The notes below the pieces were generated by a model that saw nothing but the letters and a program-made list of their open reading frames with translations, was not told the DNA's origin and ran no database searches. A program made the position numbers and the translations under genes. A DNA stretch of 64,000 nucleotides from Methanomassiliicoccales archaeon (lineage in GTDB: Archaea; Thermoplasmatota; Thermoplasmata; Methanomassiliicoccales; UBA472). Of this stretch, positions 1-10,027 are shown in pieces. Numbering within the stretch: the stretch's first letter is position 1; each line of letters opens with the position of its first letter. Where the stretch lies: positions 21,978 to 85,977 of the forward strand of contig JAVYMA010000004.1 of NCBI GenBank assembly GCA_038740345.1. The letters are read 5' to 3'.

Positions 1-1197
1 AGGCTTACCATGCTTCTTAAGGATGCGCATGAGCATCTCCTTGTGTTGCCTATATGCCTCCCTAGAAGAGAAATTGACTAGCATCTCATAGTCTCTTCCC
101 AATTTGTTGGCCTCTTCGAATATGCGGCTATCCAGTCGCTCGAACCATTCTTCCGATTCCTTGAGGTCCTTGCAGACAACGTGAAGATCAGGCATGTTCA
201 TTCGCCTGGTACGGAAACATAGCATGGTCTCTCCTGACTGCTCCAAACGGTATGCGTCCGCTACCTCAAAGGCGCCAAAGGGCAGCTGTTTATATGAGAT
301 GTTCCAGTTCCGCATCATGGCGAACTGCTGATGACATGCGGCATAGCGCATCACAAAATCCCTTTTCTCTCCTGGAATCATATAAAGGCGGTCTCCGAAG
401 AGGGCAGCATGTTCTCTCACTGGTGCCTCATCAAGGGAGAACATATTTGTACCCTTCACGGTGTACACGGGTAGACCTAGATCGTTGACAGTTCTGAAGG
501 AGTAATCGCTCACCAAATCCATCATGAGTGCTCCCTGGGGGGTGAAGCACATATGCCCTACATCGGACATGGGCTCCCATTGGATCCCGAATTTTCTACA
601 CAGACGTAGGTACTTGACCTCTCCTGATAAGGGATGCTCCTTCTTCAAAGCCTCCTTTTCCATCATTATCATAAAGGCCTGATTGTGAGACTTGAAATCG
701 GTAGGGATGAGCTCCTGGCCATCTGGAGTGAGTACCATGAAGCTTTCTTCCCCCTTGATGGAAGTCTTGACTTCCTTACCCTCGAAAGCGCGGGATAATT
801 CCGATAAGGGATGACCTTTACAGCTAATCCTAAAGGATTTGTACCATCCGAAAGGTGCACGCATTACCTCTATGCCCTGGTCAGCCAATCTGGCCTCCAC
901 GGCCTTCATCATCTCCAGCCCCGTCAAGGGGGTAGATATATCGGGCGATAAGTGAGCATAAGGATAGAGCATGACCCTTTCCGCGCCAGTCTTGCTCAAG
1001 ACTTCTAGGATGTCTATGACAGCTTCCTCAGACACCTGTGGTATCTTCCCCTCATCCTTTTTCTCCACCGTCATGAATACCACAAGAACTTCTTCCAGAC
1101 GGCCCTTCCTGCGCGTATCGTCTATTTGCTCTGCGACAGACGTAGGCTTCCTGACCTCAAATTCCATGTAGTCGGCGTGGATGTAAAGGGCTTTCAT
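1..1197 (-). CDS. thrS: Threonyl-tRNA synthetase, archaeal type (N-terminal 399 aa; rest of gene lies beyond window start)
   Basis: Not in the ORF track because it runs off the edge. I translated the minus strand by hand from the ATG at 1197-1195. It reads MKALYIHADYMEFEVRKP...APFGWYKSFRISCKGHPLSELSR, matching from memory the N-terminal editing domain of Pyrococcus-type archaeal ThrRS, and continues into the catalytic core (FEVADAYRLEQSGE...). The short track ORFs at 252-1171 are shadows of it. Confidence 0.85.
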   Translation of the reverse strand, partial: MKALYIHADYMEFEVRKPTSVAEQIDDTRRKGRLEEVLVVFMTVEKKDEGKIPQVSEEAVIDILEVLSKTGAERVMLYPYAHLSPDISTPLTGLEMMKAVEARLADQGIEVMRAPFGWYKSFRISCKGHPLSELSRAFEGKEVKTSIKGEESFMVLTPDGQELIPTDFKSHNQAFMIMMEKEALKKEHPLSGEVKYLRLCRKFGIQWEPMSDVGHMCFTPQGALMMDLVSDYSFRTVNDLGLPVYTVKGTNMFSLDEAPVREHAALFGDRLYMIPGEKRDFVMRYAACHQQFAMMRNWNISYKQLPFGAFEVADAYRLEQSGETMLCFRTRRMNMPDLHVVCKDLKESEEWFERLDSRIFEEANKLGRDYEMLVNFSSREAYRQHKEMLMRILKKHGKP

Positions 1198-1295
1198 CGA
1201 GTGGCGAAGTAACGCCTGCCCCCTATTTAAGTTAAGCATGGCTGCAAAGTAGAGTGTTAGTTTTGCCCGCGTTGGACAATCTTTATAAGAAGTGA

Positions 1296-2237
1296 ATGGA
1301 TTCGCTGGGAAGACTCAGCATGAAAATTTGGAGCTTGAGGAAGGACCTCAGGGCGGCTATGAATGCGACGATCATAGTCCTCATCGCCATCTTGGTCGTA
1401 AGCGCAAGCAGCGTGGTGGTGCTTCTTTATACTAACGCTCAAGGAAGCGAGGACCAAAGCGGGAGGGCGGTCCGTAGCGGCGATAGAGTGACGGTAGATT
1501 ATATCGGCAGATTGGCCGATGGTCGTGTTTTCGACACCTCACTATGGAGCGTGGCCAGTGATGATGCCCTATATCCCAAATCGCTCTTCTTCACTATGCG
1601 AGCGCAGTCATCCTATACTCCTCTTAGCTTCACCGTGGGGTCTGGCTCGATGATCCAGGGATTCGATCAAGGGGTCCTGGGCATGGTGGTGGGCCAGACT
1701 AAAGTGATAGAGGTTCCGCCCGAGAAGGGGTATGGCAAGATGAACCAGAGCCTCCTTTTCGTGAGGCAACTGCAGGTCGAAGAGCGCGTCCTAGTAAATA
1801 TGTCCATGGATGAATTCGGTGCCAAATACGGTTACCTGCCGGAGCAGGGCATGTTGGTCAAGGACCCTGATTTCGGGTGGGATGTTATCGTGATGCAAGT
1901 CAATACCGATGCGGATAGGGTCCTGGTGATAAACAAGCCAGTCGTGGGGCAAAGATATGCCATGTACGGAGAGCCTGACTCCGTCTCTCCCACAGGATGG
2001 TGGGCGGAGGTGACGGAAGTAGATTCGTCTGCCAACGGAGGGGAGGGAAGGATCATAGTGAAGAATCTTCTCACTGATTCGGAGGCGGGAAGGATAAAAG
2101 GATATGATGTCAGAAAAGGCGCTACCTTTTACATCGATATGGTCAATGAATCTGCCGGCACCTATCGCATGAATTACAATGGCGAGCTGTTAGGCAAGAC
2201 CCTCTTCTTCACCGTCACATTGAGGAGCATCAGCTAA
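1296..2237 (+). CDS. Membrane-anchored FKBP-type peptidyl-prolyl cis-trans isomerase
   Basis: An N-terminal hydrophobic helix (AAMNATIIVLIAILVVSASSVVVLLY) is followed by FKBP motifs GDRVTVDYIGRLADGRVFDTS and FTVGSGSMIQGFDQGVLGMVVGQTKVIEVPPEKGYG. The start may be the ATG at 1320. Confidence 0.75.
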   Translation: MDSLGRLSMKIWSLRKDLRAAMNATIIVLIAILVVSASSVVVLLYTNAQGSEDQSGRAVRSGDRVTVDYIGRLADGRVFDTSLWSVASDDALYPKSLFFTMRAQSSYTPLSFTVGSGSMIQGFDQGVLGMVVGQTKVIEVPPEKGYGKMNQSLLFVRQLQVEERVLVNMSMDEFGAKYGYLPEQGMLVKDPDFGWDVIVMQVNTDADRVLVINKPVVGQRYAMYGEPDSVSPTGWWAEVTEVDSSANGGEGRIIVKNLLTDSEAGRIKGYDVRKGATFYIDMVNESAGTYRMNYNGELLGKTLFFTVTLRSIS

Positions 2238-2318
2238 GGACATGAGCCATGAGATATCAGGGGGCAAAGTCTTTCTTCATTTCTTTTCCGTCGCCGAGTT
2301 CACATCTTCAATCGTTGA

Positions 2319-3401
2319 TTATGCCCGTTCTCGTGTTACATCCTCATAGATAGAGGCGAGCTTTGCCGCTTGTTCGTCCCAGGAATATCGCGACGCTCTT
2401 TCCCTAGCCTTTCTTCCTAATTCACCTCTCATCGTGGAATCCTCGAGCAGCTGGCGAATGGCTTGGGCTATCGCCACCGAGTCCTTGGGTGGTATAAGAA
2501 TGCCCGCATCCCCCACTACCTCTGGCAGCCCACCCACCATAGTGGCTACCACAGGCTTCCCATAGGACATAGCTTCAGCCGCAGCTATACCATACGATTC
2601 AAAAAGGGAAGGCAAGACGAAGATGGAGCAAGATGCTAACAGATTCGCTTTCTCTTCCTCGTCTACCTTTCCCGGAAAATCAATTTTATGCATCACGCCT
2701 AGTTTGCGCGCCATTCTCATCAACCTTTCTCTCTCCGGTCCACCACCAGCCATGACCAGACGCCCTTCCACATCCTGCATGGCCTGCACCAGAAACTCCA
2801 ATCCTTTGGTACGAACCATCCTGCATAATGAGAGGATGAACCCTTCATCCCTGGATGGCATGCACGGCATATCCACACCGTTGGGCACCACGCACATCTT
2901 GGCCGCAGGTATGCCATGGCGCAGGTTGTCGCGAAGAACGAAATCGCTGATGCAAATGATCCTGGCGAATCTCTCCATCTTGCGCACGAAGCACCAATCG
3001 TTGAGGTAACTCAAAGCCCTCATCATGCCCTCCCCCTCTCCGAAGGTGTTGTGATAGGTCAACAGTATCCTGCCTTGGTATCGCAGGGCTTGTCTAATAT
3101 AGGAAGGGGCCCAACGGTAATGCAGATCCACTATGTCAGGGCGGAGGGCTTCTAAGGCTTCAAGAACCCCTGTACTGCTCACATAAGGGGGATTGTACAA
3201 GTCGATGTATCTTGATTGCAGGCGCACCACTCTATAGCCATCTATCCACTCTTCCTCACTAGTTCCCGGAAGACGGCTGGTTAGCACTATGACTTCATGC
3301 TTTTTTGCCAATCGCTTGGACATATGGTGAATGCGGTGCTCTATTCCTCCCATGAAGGGATAGTGAAATGGATTAAGTTGGAGGATTCGCACAGACCTCA
3401 C
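2319..3401 (-). CDS. Glycosyltransferase, family 4 (GT-B fold)
   Basis: 360 aa. N-terminal MGGIEHRI motif and C-terminal FESYGIAAAEAMSYGKPVVATMVGGLPEVV, typical of GT4. Confidence 0.8.
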   Translation of the reverse strand: MRSVRILQLNPFHYPFMGGIEHRIHHMSKRLAKKHEVIVLTSRLPGTSEEEWIDGYRVVRLQSRYIDLYNPPYVSSTGVLEALEALRPDIVDLHYRWAPSYIRQALRYQGRILLTYHNTFGEGEGMMRALSYLNDWCFVRKMERFARIICISDFVLRDNLRHGIPAAKMCVVPNGVDMPCMPSRDEGFILSLCRMVRTKGLEFLVQAMQDVEGRLVMAGGGPERERLMRMARKLGVMHKIDFPGKVDEEEKANLLASCSIFVLPSLFESYGIAAAEAMSYGKPVVATMVGGLPEVVGDAGILIPPKDSVAIAQAIRQLLEDSTMRGELGRKARERASRYSWDEQAAKLASIYEDVTRERA

Positions 3402-4035
3402 CCAACCTCCTCTTGCGATAGAAGGACAGAGCGAAGCTTATCCCGATTATGATAAGCACCAGGAGGAAGGTGACCAGCCGAGCCACTCCCGCTTCGAAAT
3501 AATAGACAAGGTATCCTGCGGCAGCGAGTATTATACCGTATTTCAACATCCCGCCCAGGACCGTATAGAAAAGGGTTTTCCTTAAGGACCACTTGCATAT
3601 GGCCACGAAGGCCCCCAAGAAAGGCAGGATGGGCGCGATGCGGTTGACCAATATCATGCGCTCATCTCGCACCAGCAGGAAATCCCTATACTTCATGATC
3701 ACCTTCTCAATCCGTGTGGGCACTTTTATACGCCTAACCAGGTTGTAGAGCGTGAGGACGCCAGCGATCTCAGCCATGGCTATAGTCAGGAGTATGAGAA
3801 CGGCGAATTCCCACTGGAACTCTGGCATTAACTCCTGGCCAGCGAAGAATATAAGGATGACGAAGAGCTCAGGAAGGGTAGGGAAGAGGATGGCATCGAT
3901 ATAGAAGATGAAGAAGACCGAGAGAAGCAAGCCTATCAATCCCAATCCCTTGAAGAAGTCGATGATCATCTGCCCGATGTCCGGCATGATGCCTCTCCCG
4001 TTAGGTCTGATACTTAGATGAAGCTTTGCCTCCAA
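3373..4035 (-). CDS. Polytopic membrane protein (weak DedA/VTT-like resemblance)
   Basis: 220 aa with about 5-6 hydrophobic helices. It sits between two GT4 genes and overlaps the downstream GT4 start by 29 nt. The family assignment is tentative. Confidence 0.5.
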   Translation of the reverse strand: MEAKLHLSIRPNGRGIMPDIGQMIIDFFKGLGLIGLLLSVFFIFYIDAILFPTLPELFVILIFFAGQELMPEFQWEFAVLILLTIAMAEIAGVLTLYNLVRRIKVPTRIEKVIMKYRDFLLVRDERMILVNRIAPILPFLGAFVAICKWSLRKTLFYTVLGGMLKYGIILAAAGYLVYYFEAGVARLVTFLLVLIIIGISFALSFYRKRRLGEVCANPPT

Positions 4036-4044
4036 AGCCTTTCC

Positions 4045-5214
4045 TCATGGCCTACGCCCCTGCAGCTTGGCGCGCTTGCTCTCTATGGCTCCCTCGTAGA
4101 CCTCTATAAGCTTTCTGGCTGATTTCTCCTGCGAATATTCCTCGGCCCTGCGCCTGGCTGCTTCTCCGATGAATCTCGGTGCCTTCAGCGCCTTCAAGAT
4201 GGCTTCCTTCCAGCTTTCCTCTCCGTCTTGGAAGAGATAGCCATTTTCTCCGTCGCGGATGAGCTCGGCCACGGCGCGATAGGCTATACCTACCACTGGC
4301 TTGGAGCAAGCCATGGCCTCCAGCACCACCAGGCCCTGGGTCTCGAACTTGGAAGCTATGGTGAAGACGTCGCAGCTCGCATAATAATAAGGAAGCTCCT
4401 CATCCGGAACGAATCCAGTAAAGATAACTCGTTCCCCTACTCCCAATTCTTTCGCCCGCTGCATACAATGAGGTCGATAAGGCCCTTCGCCCGCGACCAT
4501 CAGCATCACATCTTCTCGCTCTCGTGCCAAAGAAGCGAAACCTTGGAGAACGAGGTCTATGTTCTTCTCTGCAGCTATGCGTCCCAAATGGAGGATCACC
4601 TTCTTGCCTTCCAGACCGTACCTTTTCCTCACGGTAGAACCATCTAAATCCGGATGGAATCGCGTAAGATCTATTCCGCTCGGTATCACTTCGAGCTTCC
4701 TTATGCCAGGGACATGGCGCTCCAGCTCTCGCCTGATCGCTTCAGTAGGGACAATCACCGCCTCGGAGCGGCGTAGAAGGCTGCGAATGTAGATCCATAT
4801 CAGCTTCTCCGCCACCTCATCAGGTATGCCAGTGAAGTTGTAGTAGGGAACAGCTTCCGTCAGGTTGGTATGCCAGGTCGTCACCACAGGCTTTCTCAGA
4901 CGTCGTCCAGCGAACATGCTACGCAGGGACATGAAGGCCAGGCCATGATTATGGATTACGTCTATTCCCAATCTCTGCAGGATCTCGCTCTTATTGGTGG
5001 GGAATATGGTCATGCGGTACCCTTTATAACGGCGGAAGCCTATGGAGCGAAAGTAGAACACCCCTGGCTCCCTTACTGCTCCCTTCTCAGGTTCAGGGGC
5101 GAAGACGTAGACCTCATGCCCAAGCCGCTCCAGCTCTTTCTTAGTCAGCATGATTGAGGTAACCACTCCGTCCCTCGAGGGGAGGTAGGTATCGGTGAAG
5201 AAGGCTATGCGCAA
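4045..5214 (-). CDS. Glycosyltransferase, family 4
   Basis: 389 aa. MRIAFFTDTYLPSRDGV N-terminus and FETQGLVVLEAMACSKPVVG motif. Confidence 0.8.
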   Translation of the reverse strand: MRIAFFTDTYLPSRDGVVTSIMLTKKELERLGHEVYVFAPEPEKGAVREPGVFYFRSIGFRRYKGYRMTIFPTNKSEILQRLGIDVIHNHGLAFMSLRSMFAGRRLRKPVVTTWHTNLTEAVPYYNFTGIPDEVAEKLIWIYIRSLLRRSEAVIVPTEAIRRELERHVPGIRKLEVIPSGIDLTRFHPDLDGSTVRKRYGLEGKKVILHLGRIAAEKNIDLVLQGFASLAREREDVMLMVAGEGPYRPHCMQRAKELGVGERVIFTGFVPDEELPYYYASCDVFTIASKFETQGLVVLEAMACSKPVVGIAYRAVAELIRDGENGYLFQDGEESWKEAILKALKAPRFIGEAARRRAEEYSQEKSARKLIEVYEGAIESKRAKLQGRRP

Positions 5215-5220
5215 ACCTCA

Positions 5221-6585
5221 TCACCTGAGCCAAATTCCAGAGATCTTATCTATGACATCCATGGGATCCCTACCTAAGATCCTGATCATGGGCTCCTTTC
5301 CAATGCCTCCCAGATCGTATATAATATCAGGTATCGCTCCATGGCTCTCAATGGCCTTTCGAGTCCCCCAATCCATAGTGCTTACGCCGTCTGGCTCCTC
5401 GCTTCTATCGAAGGCGGAAGAAGTAAGCCCCAATTCCTTCAATCTATTCAGATTCTCTTTGGAATAGCGAAGGTTCAAGGCCGATCTCATACAAGGGTCA
5501 TAAGACATGGCTGCTAGAACCACTTTAGCCATGTGGCGGGAGGCTCCGAAGGCTAGGCATCCGCAGCGCCTCGCCTTATCGCCTGAGGCCACGATGCGCC
5601 CCTCGATGGCCACCACGTCCTCGATGTACCGTGCGCGCGGAAGGGCATAGGCGAAATTCATCCCCACCTCAGGAATCCAGCGTCTCTCCAGCTTGGGGAT
5701 AAGGGCATCCACTCCCTCTTTCAGTTGTACCAGGGTCTGATAGCGCAACGCCTCTCGCTTAAGACTGGAAAGAGAATCCAGAACCTTCAGGCCTTGTCCC
5801 ACGCTATAAGCCGCCGACAGGGCGTCCTGGATCAGGGCACGAGAGGCGACTACCGCCTCCTCAAGGCCTAAACCCAAGGCGAGATGTCCGGCTATATATG
5901 ATGATAGGTTGCATCCGCTTCCATGCGGTCGCACCTCCAATCTTGTAGCTTTGATCTCCTTGATCTCACCCTCTATGCACAACAAGTCCACGACCTTCTT
6001 CCCAGTGAAATGTCCACCTTTTAATAGCACAGAACGAGGGCCCATCTCCATCAAGGAATGACATGCTCTCCTCGCCTCGGTAAGATTCCTTATCTTCTTT
6101 CCTAGCAGCGCCTCGGCCTCGTAACGATTAGGAGTGATGATCCATGCCAAAGGGAACACCTCTTCCTTCAATGTTCGCAGAAGCCCATGCGTATGCAGCG
6201 AATCTCCAACGCCTGCGGCGAGGACAGGATCCACCACCAAGGGAAGTCTCTCAGGGCGAAGGCGTGCTGCCACCGCGGAGGCGATCTCCTGTGAGTACAA
6301 CATACCCATCTTGATCGACGATATCTTGGCATCGGTGAGAACGGCTTCCAACTGTGAAAGCACATGCTCTACTGGAAGAGGGAATATGGCTGAGACCTTT
6401 GTTGTGTTTTGAGAAGTTACGCAAGTTATGACCGTGGTTGCATGGACGCCTAAAGAGGACAAGGCCTTGATATCGGCTTGCACACCCGCTCCTCCGATGG
6501 AGTCGGAACCTGCGATGCTGAGCACTACGGGCATGCACCAGAAATTGCATCTGATATTATTACGTACTCCTGTAGAAGGCACCAT
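5221..6585 (-). CDS. thiDN: Bifunctional ThiD (HMP/HMP-P kinase) fused to ThiN-type thiamine-phosphate synthase (ThiDN)
   Basis: ThiD motifs VLSIAGSDSIGGAGVQADIKA and GSGCNLSSYIAGHLA, plus an extra C-terminal domain of about 165 aa as in archaeal ThiDN. The likely true start is the ATG at 6534 (MPVVLSIAG). Confidence 0.85.
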   Translation of the reverse strand: MVPSTGVRNNIRCNFWCMPVVLSIAGSDSIGGAGVQADIKALSSLGVHATTVITCVTSQNTTKVSAIFPLPVEHVLSQLEAVLTDAKISSIKMGMLYSQEIASAVAARLRPERLPLVVDPVLAAGVGDSLHTHGLLRTLKEEVFPLAWIITPNRYEAEALLGKKIRNLTEARRACHSLMEMGPRSVLLKGGHFTGKKVVDLLCIEGEIKEIKATRLEVRPHGSGCNLSSYIAGHLALGLGLEEAVVASRALIQDALSAAYSVGQGLKVLDSLSSLKREALRYQTLVQLKEGVDALIPKLERRWIPEVGMNFAYALPRARYIEDVVAIEGRIVASGDKARRCGCLAFGASRHMAKVVLAAMSYDPCMRSALNLRYSKENLNRLKELGLTSSAFDRSEEPDGVSTMDWGTRKAIESHGAIPDIIYDLGGIGKEPMIRILGRDPMDVIDKISGIWLR

Positions 6586-6695
6586 TGCTCTCCGATTATT
6601 CTTGATTTAGCGAGTTTTTATGCGTCCCATCATGCTGCATGAGATTCTTAGCCCTCAATAAATCTTAAATATATTCCACCTCATCAAAAAGCCCG

Positions 6696-7064
6696 ATGAA
6701 GGCCACAAGCGGCCATTTGGTGCTGAAAAACAAAAAGGACTACAAGGATATAGCGAAGGTATTCCCCGAGCTGCTGATCGCTTTCTTGGAAGAATCGGAT
6801 CAGATGCCCGAGGACGAGGAGCTTCTCCAGATGTTCATCCATCTTAATCAGGTCGAGCTGGCCAAAAACAGCAAGCCCGAGGGATACAACCGCAAGGGTC
6901 GCATGCGCCTGATCTTCCCCCTGGGGAGGAAGGAGCTCTATGTCCGGGGAATGAGCAGGAGCGGTGAGGTTGTGCGCGTCACAGAGAAGCTCAGCCGCAT
7001 CTTGCAAAGAGCCGGCGTGGATCACGACGTTGAATGGAATGCCCTCTCGTGCATCGAAGAATGA
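6696..7064 (+). CDS. Hypothetical protein (122 aa)
   Basis: Protein-like composition, unlike the antisense ORF 6684-7097. A TATA-like TTAAATATATT at 6665-6675 lies about 26 nt upstream of the ATG, consistent with a leaderless transcript. I recognise no family. Confidence 0.45.
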   Translation: MKATSGHLVLKNKKDYKDIAKVFPELLIAFLEESDQMPEDEELLQMFIHLNQVELAKNSKPEGYNRKGRMRLIFPLGRKELYVRGMSRSGEVVRVTEKLSRILQRAGVDHDVEWNALSCIEE

Positions 7065-7096
7065 GAAGAAGAGGGACTGCAAGGCAAAACGATGCA

Positions 7097-8545
7097 TCAG
7101 TCCGAGAGGAGCTTGTCGAATGCCTCTCGCAATCGTGCCTTACGAGCTGCGATCTCCTTCGCCTGCCTCTCCATCGAAGACTTGAGCTCGTTTATCTGCT
7201 GAGCCACCGCCCGGGGCGACGTGCCCCCTAAAGAGTCCCTGCGCTGGACGCAGGACTGCAGGGAAAGAATTTGGTATACATCCTCTTGGAATAAATGGGA
7301 GAAAGTCTGCATCTTCTCCAGCGGGAGCTGCTCCAATCTCTTCCCCTCATTTATGGCCAGGCGTACCAGCTTAGCCGCTATCTCATGCGCTTGGCGGAAA
7401 GGCATTCCCTTATTGACAAGATAATCGGCTATTTCTGTGGCGTTAAGATATCCCTGTTCAGCGGCTTGGAGCATGCGATCCTGGTTGAAGGCGAGGGTGG
7501 CGATCATTCTAGCAGTTATCTCCAGTGATGATGCCAAGATGTCCGCTGAGCTCATTACTATGCCCTTATCCTCCTGCAGATCCCGGTTATAAGTCAAAGG
7601 CAGGGACTTTAGGAGCCCGAGCATCGATATCACATTACCCATCACGATGGAAGAACGTCCCCGCACCAGCTCGGCTACGTCTGGATTCTTCTTCTGAGGC
7701 ATGATGGAGCTGCCAGTAGCATATTCATCCCCGACTTCCACGAAACCGAACTCCGGGGAGGACCAGAGAATGATCTCCTCTGCCAGGGAGGAGAGGTGCA
7801 CCATGGCGAGGGAGCAGCCGAAGGCAAACTCGGCGGCGAAATCCCGGTCGCTCACCGCATCCATGGAATTGGGGCAGGGAGCAGCGAAGCCAAGGCTTCG
7901 CGCCACCATCTCCCTGTCTATAGGATAGGTAGTACCCGCTAGGGCCGCCGACCCAAGGGGACAGAGATTCAGACGGCCATAGGCCTCCAGGAATCGGTCC
8001 ACATCCCGATGGAAGCGTTGGGCATGGGCTAGAAGGTGATGCGCTAGGGTAACTGGCTGCGCATGCTGGGTATGGGTGAATCCGGGAAGTATGGTCTGCA
8101 GATGGCGTGAGGCCTGCTCAACTAAGGCCTGTTTAAGGCCCAACAGCAAGCCGCATATATCGAGCAGTCTGGAGCGCAGATACATGCGGAAATCCGTGGC
8201 CACCTGATCGTTCCTGCTGCGGGCGGTATGCAATCGACCTCCTGATTCTCCTATGCGCTGTATGAGCTCGTTCTCTATGTTAGTATGCACATCCTCCAAT
8301 TGGGGGTTGAGTTTTAGCTCCCCTCTCTCAATGTCAGATAATATGGATTTCAATCCTTGGGCTATGAGCTGGGCATCATCGCTTGATAGTATGCCCTTCT
8401 GACCTAGCATACGCACATGCGCCAAAGATCCCATTACATCGAACCAAGCCAGGCGAGAGTCCACCTCGAGGGAGGAGGTAAAGGCCAATGTGGCCTGGTT
8501 CATCCCTGCTTGGAACCTTCCCGACCAAAGCTGCTTTTCATTCAC
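7097..8545 (-). CDS. argH: Argininosuccinate lyase
   Basis: 482 aa. LWSGRF N-terminus and fumarate-lyase signature GSSIMPQKKNPD. Its start overlaps the argG stop in an ATGA. Confidence 0.95.
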   Translation of the reverse strand: MNEKQLWSGRFQAGMNQATLAFTSSLEVDSRLAWFDVMGSLAHVRMLGQKGILSSDDAQLIAQGLKSILSDIERGELKLNPQLEDVHTNIENELIQRIGESGGRLHTARSRNDQVATDFRMYLRSRLLDICGLLLGLKQALVEQASRHLQTILPGFTHTQHAQPVTLAHHLLAHAQRFHRDVDRFLEAYGRLNLCPLGSAALAGTTYPIDREMVARSLGFAAPCPNSMDAVSDRDFAAEFAFGCSLAMVHLSSLAEEIILWSSPEFGFVEVGDEYATGSSIMPQKKNPDVAELVRGRSSIVMGNVISMLGLLKSLPLTYNRDLQEDKGIVMSSADILASSLEITARMIATLAFNQDRMLQAAEQGYLNATEIADYLVNKGMPFRQAHEIAAKLVRLAINEGKRLEQLPLEKMQTFSHLFQEDVYQILSLQSCVQRRDSLGGTSPRAVAQQINELKSSMERQAKEIAARKARLREAFDKLLSD

Positions 8546-9816
8546 CTGCTCTTCCCCTTATGTGCTCTCGCTACTGTCTTCAGGGGCAGACCCCAGACAT
8601 ATATAAAGCCCTTGGCGGAGGTATGATCGAACTGATCGCCACTAGCATATGTCGCCAGACCGGTGTCGTACATCGAATAGGGCGATTTGCGCCCTACTAC
8701 CTGGGCGGTACCTTTGAACAGTTTTACCCGCACCGTGCCTGTGACAAACTCCTGACTCTTATCTACGAAGGCGTCCAGGCACTCCTTGAGAGTGGAGAAC
8801 CAAAGCCCGTCATAGGCCAGCTCGGCATACCTCTGGTCCACTGCCGATTTGAATCTCAGCACATCCTTCGGGAGCACCATCTTCTCCAGGTCTTTATGGG
8901 CAGAGATGAGCGTGACTGCTGCTGGGCATTCGTAGCTCTCCCTCGATTTAATACCCACCAAGCGATCCTCGATGTGATCTATCCTTCCCACTCCATGCCT
9001 TCCTGCCAGATGGTTTAGCTCTGCGATCAATGCCACCCCCTCCATGCGCTTCCCATTGAGAGCGGTTGGCACCCCTTTCTCGAAATCTATCTCTACATAA
9101 TCCGCATCATCAGGCGCCTCATGCGCTGAGACGGTCCATGCGAAAGCGTCCTCGGGGGGCTCCTGCCAAGCGTCCTCCAAGACTCCGCATTCAATACTCC
9201 TTCCCCAAAGATTTTCGTCTGTGGAGTAAGGGCACTGCTTCTTCACCTTCACCGGTATGTCGTGCTTTCGAGCATACTCGATTTCCTCTTCACGTGTCAT
9301 TACCCATTCACGCATGGGAGCGATGATGCCCAATTCCGGCGCAAGGGCCCCTATTGACACGTCGAAGCGCACCTGGTCGTTGCCTTTGGCCGTGCAACCG
9401 TGGGCGATGTAGGAAGCCCCTTCCTTTCTCGCCACCTCCACCAGAAGCTTGGCTATGAGAGGTCTTGCTATGGAGGTGCACACCGGGTACGAGCCCTCGT
9501 ACATGGCGTTGGCTTTGAGAGCGGGGAATATGTAGTCTCTTACGAATTCATCCTTGGCGTCAATGGCATAGGCCTTCAGCGCTCCTATCTTGTACGCGCG
9601 CTCGATGTTGTCCTTCATGTCTGCATCGGGCTGGCCTACATCGACTGAAACGGCTATTACGTCTAGGTCGTACTTCTCCTGCAGCCAACGGATGGCTACG
9701 GAGGTGTCTAGGCCGCCGGAATAAGCTAGCACGACCTTTTTGCGGTCAGACCTATCCGTAGATTTGCTGGATACCATTGGAATCCTCGGGTCCACGGGGC
9801 CTTGCTTATTAATCAT
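8542..9816 (-). CDS. argG: Argininosuccinate synthase
   Basis: PP-loop AYSGGLDTS and the GCTAKGNDQVRF motif. The start could instead be the ATG at 9777. Confidence 0.95.
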   Translation of the reverse strand: MINKQGPVDPRIPMVSSKSTDRSDRKKVVLAYSGGLDTSVAIRWLQEKYDLDVIAVSVDVGQPDADMKDNIERAYKIGALKAYAIDAKDEFVRDYIFPALKANAMYEGSYPVCTSIARPLIAKLLVEVARKEGASYIAHGCTAKGNDQVRFDVSIGALAPELGIIAPMREWVMTREEEIEYARKHDIPVKVKKQCPYSTDENLWGRSIECGVLEDAWQEPPEDAFAWTVSAHEAPDDADYVEIDFEKGVPTALNGKRMEGVALIAELNHLAGRHGVGRIDHIEDRLVGIKSRESYECPAAVTLISAHKDLEKMVLPKDVLRFKSAVDQRYAELAYDGLWFSTLKECLDAFVDKSQEFVTGTVRVKLFKGTAQVVGRKSPYSMYDTGLATYASGDQFDHTSAKGFIYVWGLPLKTVARAHKGKSR

Positions 9817-10027
9817 TGCTGATGATATTCAGACAATGTCAATGAATCTCGGTCTCTAATCAGACAACCTTAAATCCAGCAGATGGGCTGTTCCTGCGGG
9901 AACGGTTGAAAAAAAGGAATGTCTCTTTTCGGTCATCATACTTTTAATAGTACCTCTTAATCAGCGAAAATCCATCAAGCCCGCCCAAGGATACATCTCT
10001 CTAGGCGGGAGCGCAAGAGGAAATCCG

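Noticed and set aside
6684-7097. 137-aa minus-strand ORF opposite the 122-aa hypothetical gene
   Set aside because: The plus-strand frame has the more protein-like composition and a TATA-like box at the correct distance. The choice remains uncertain.
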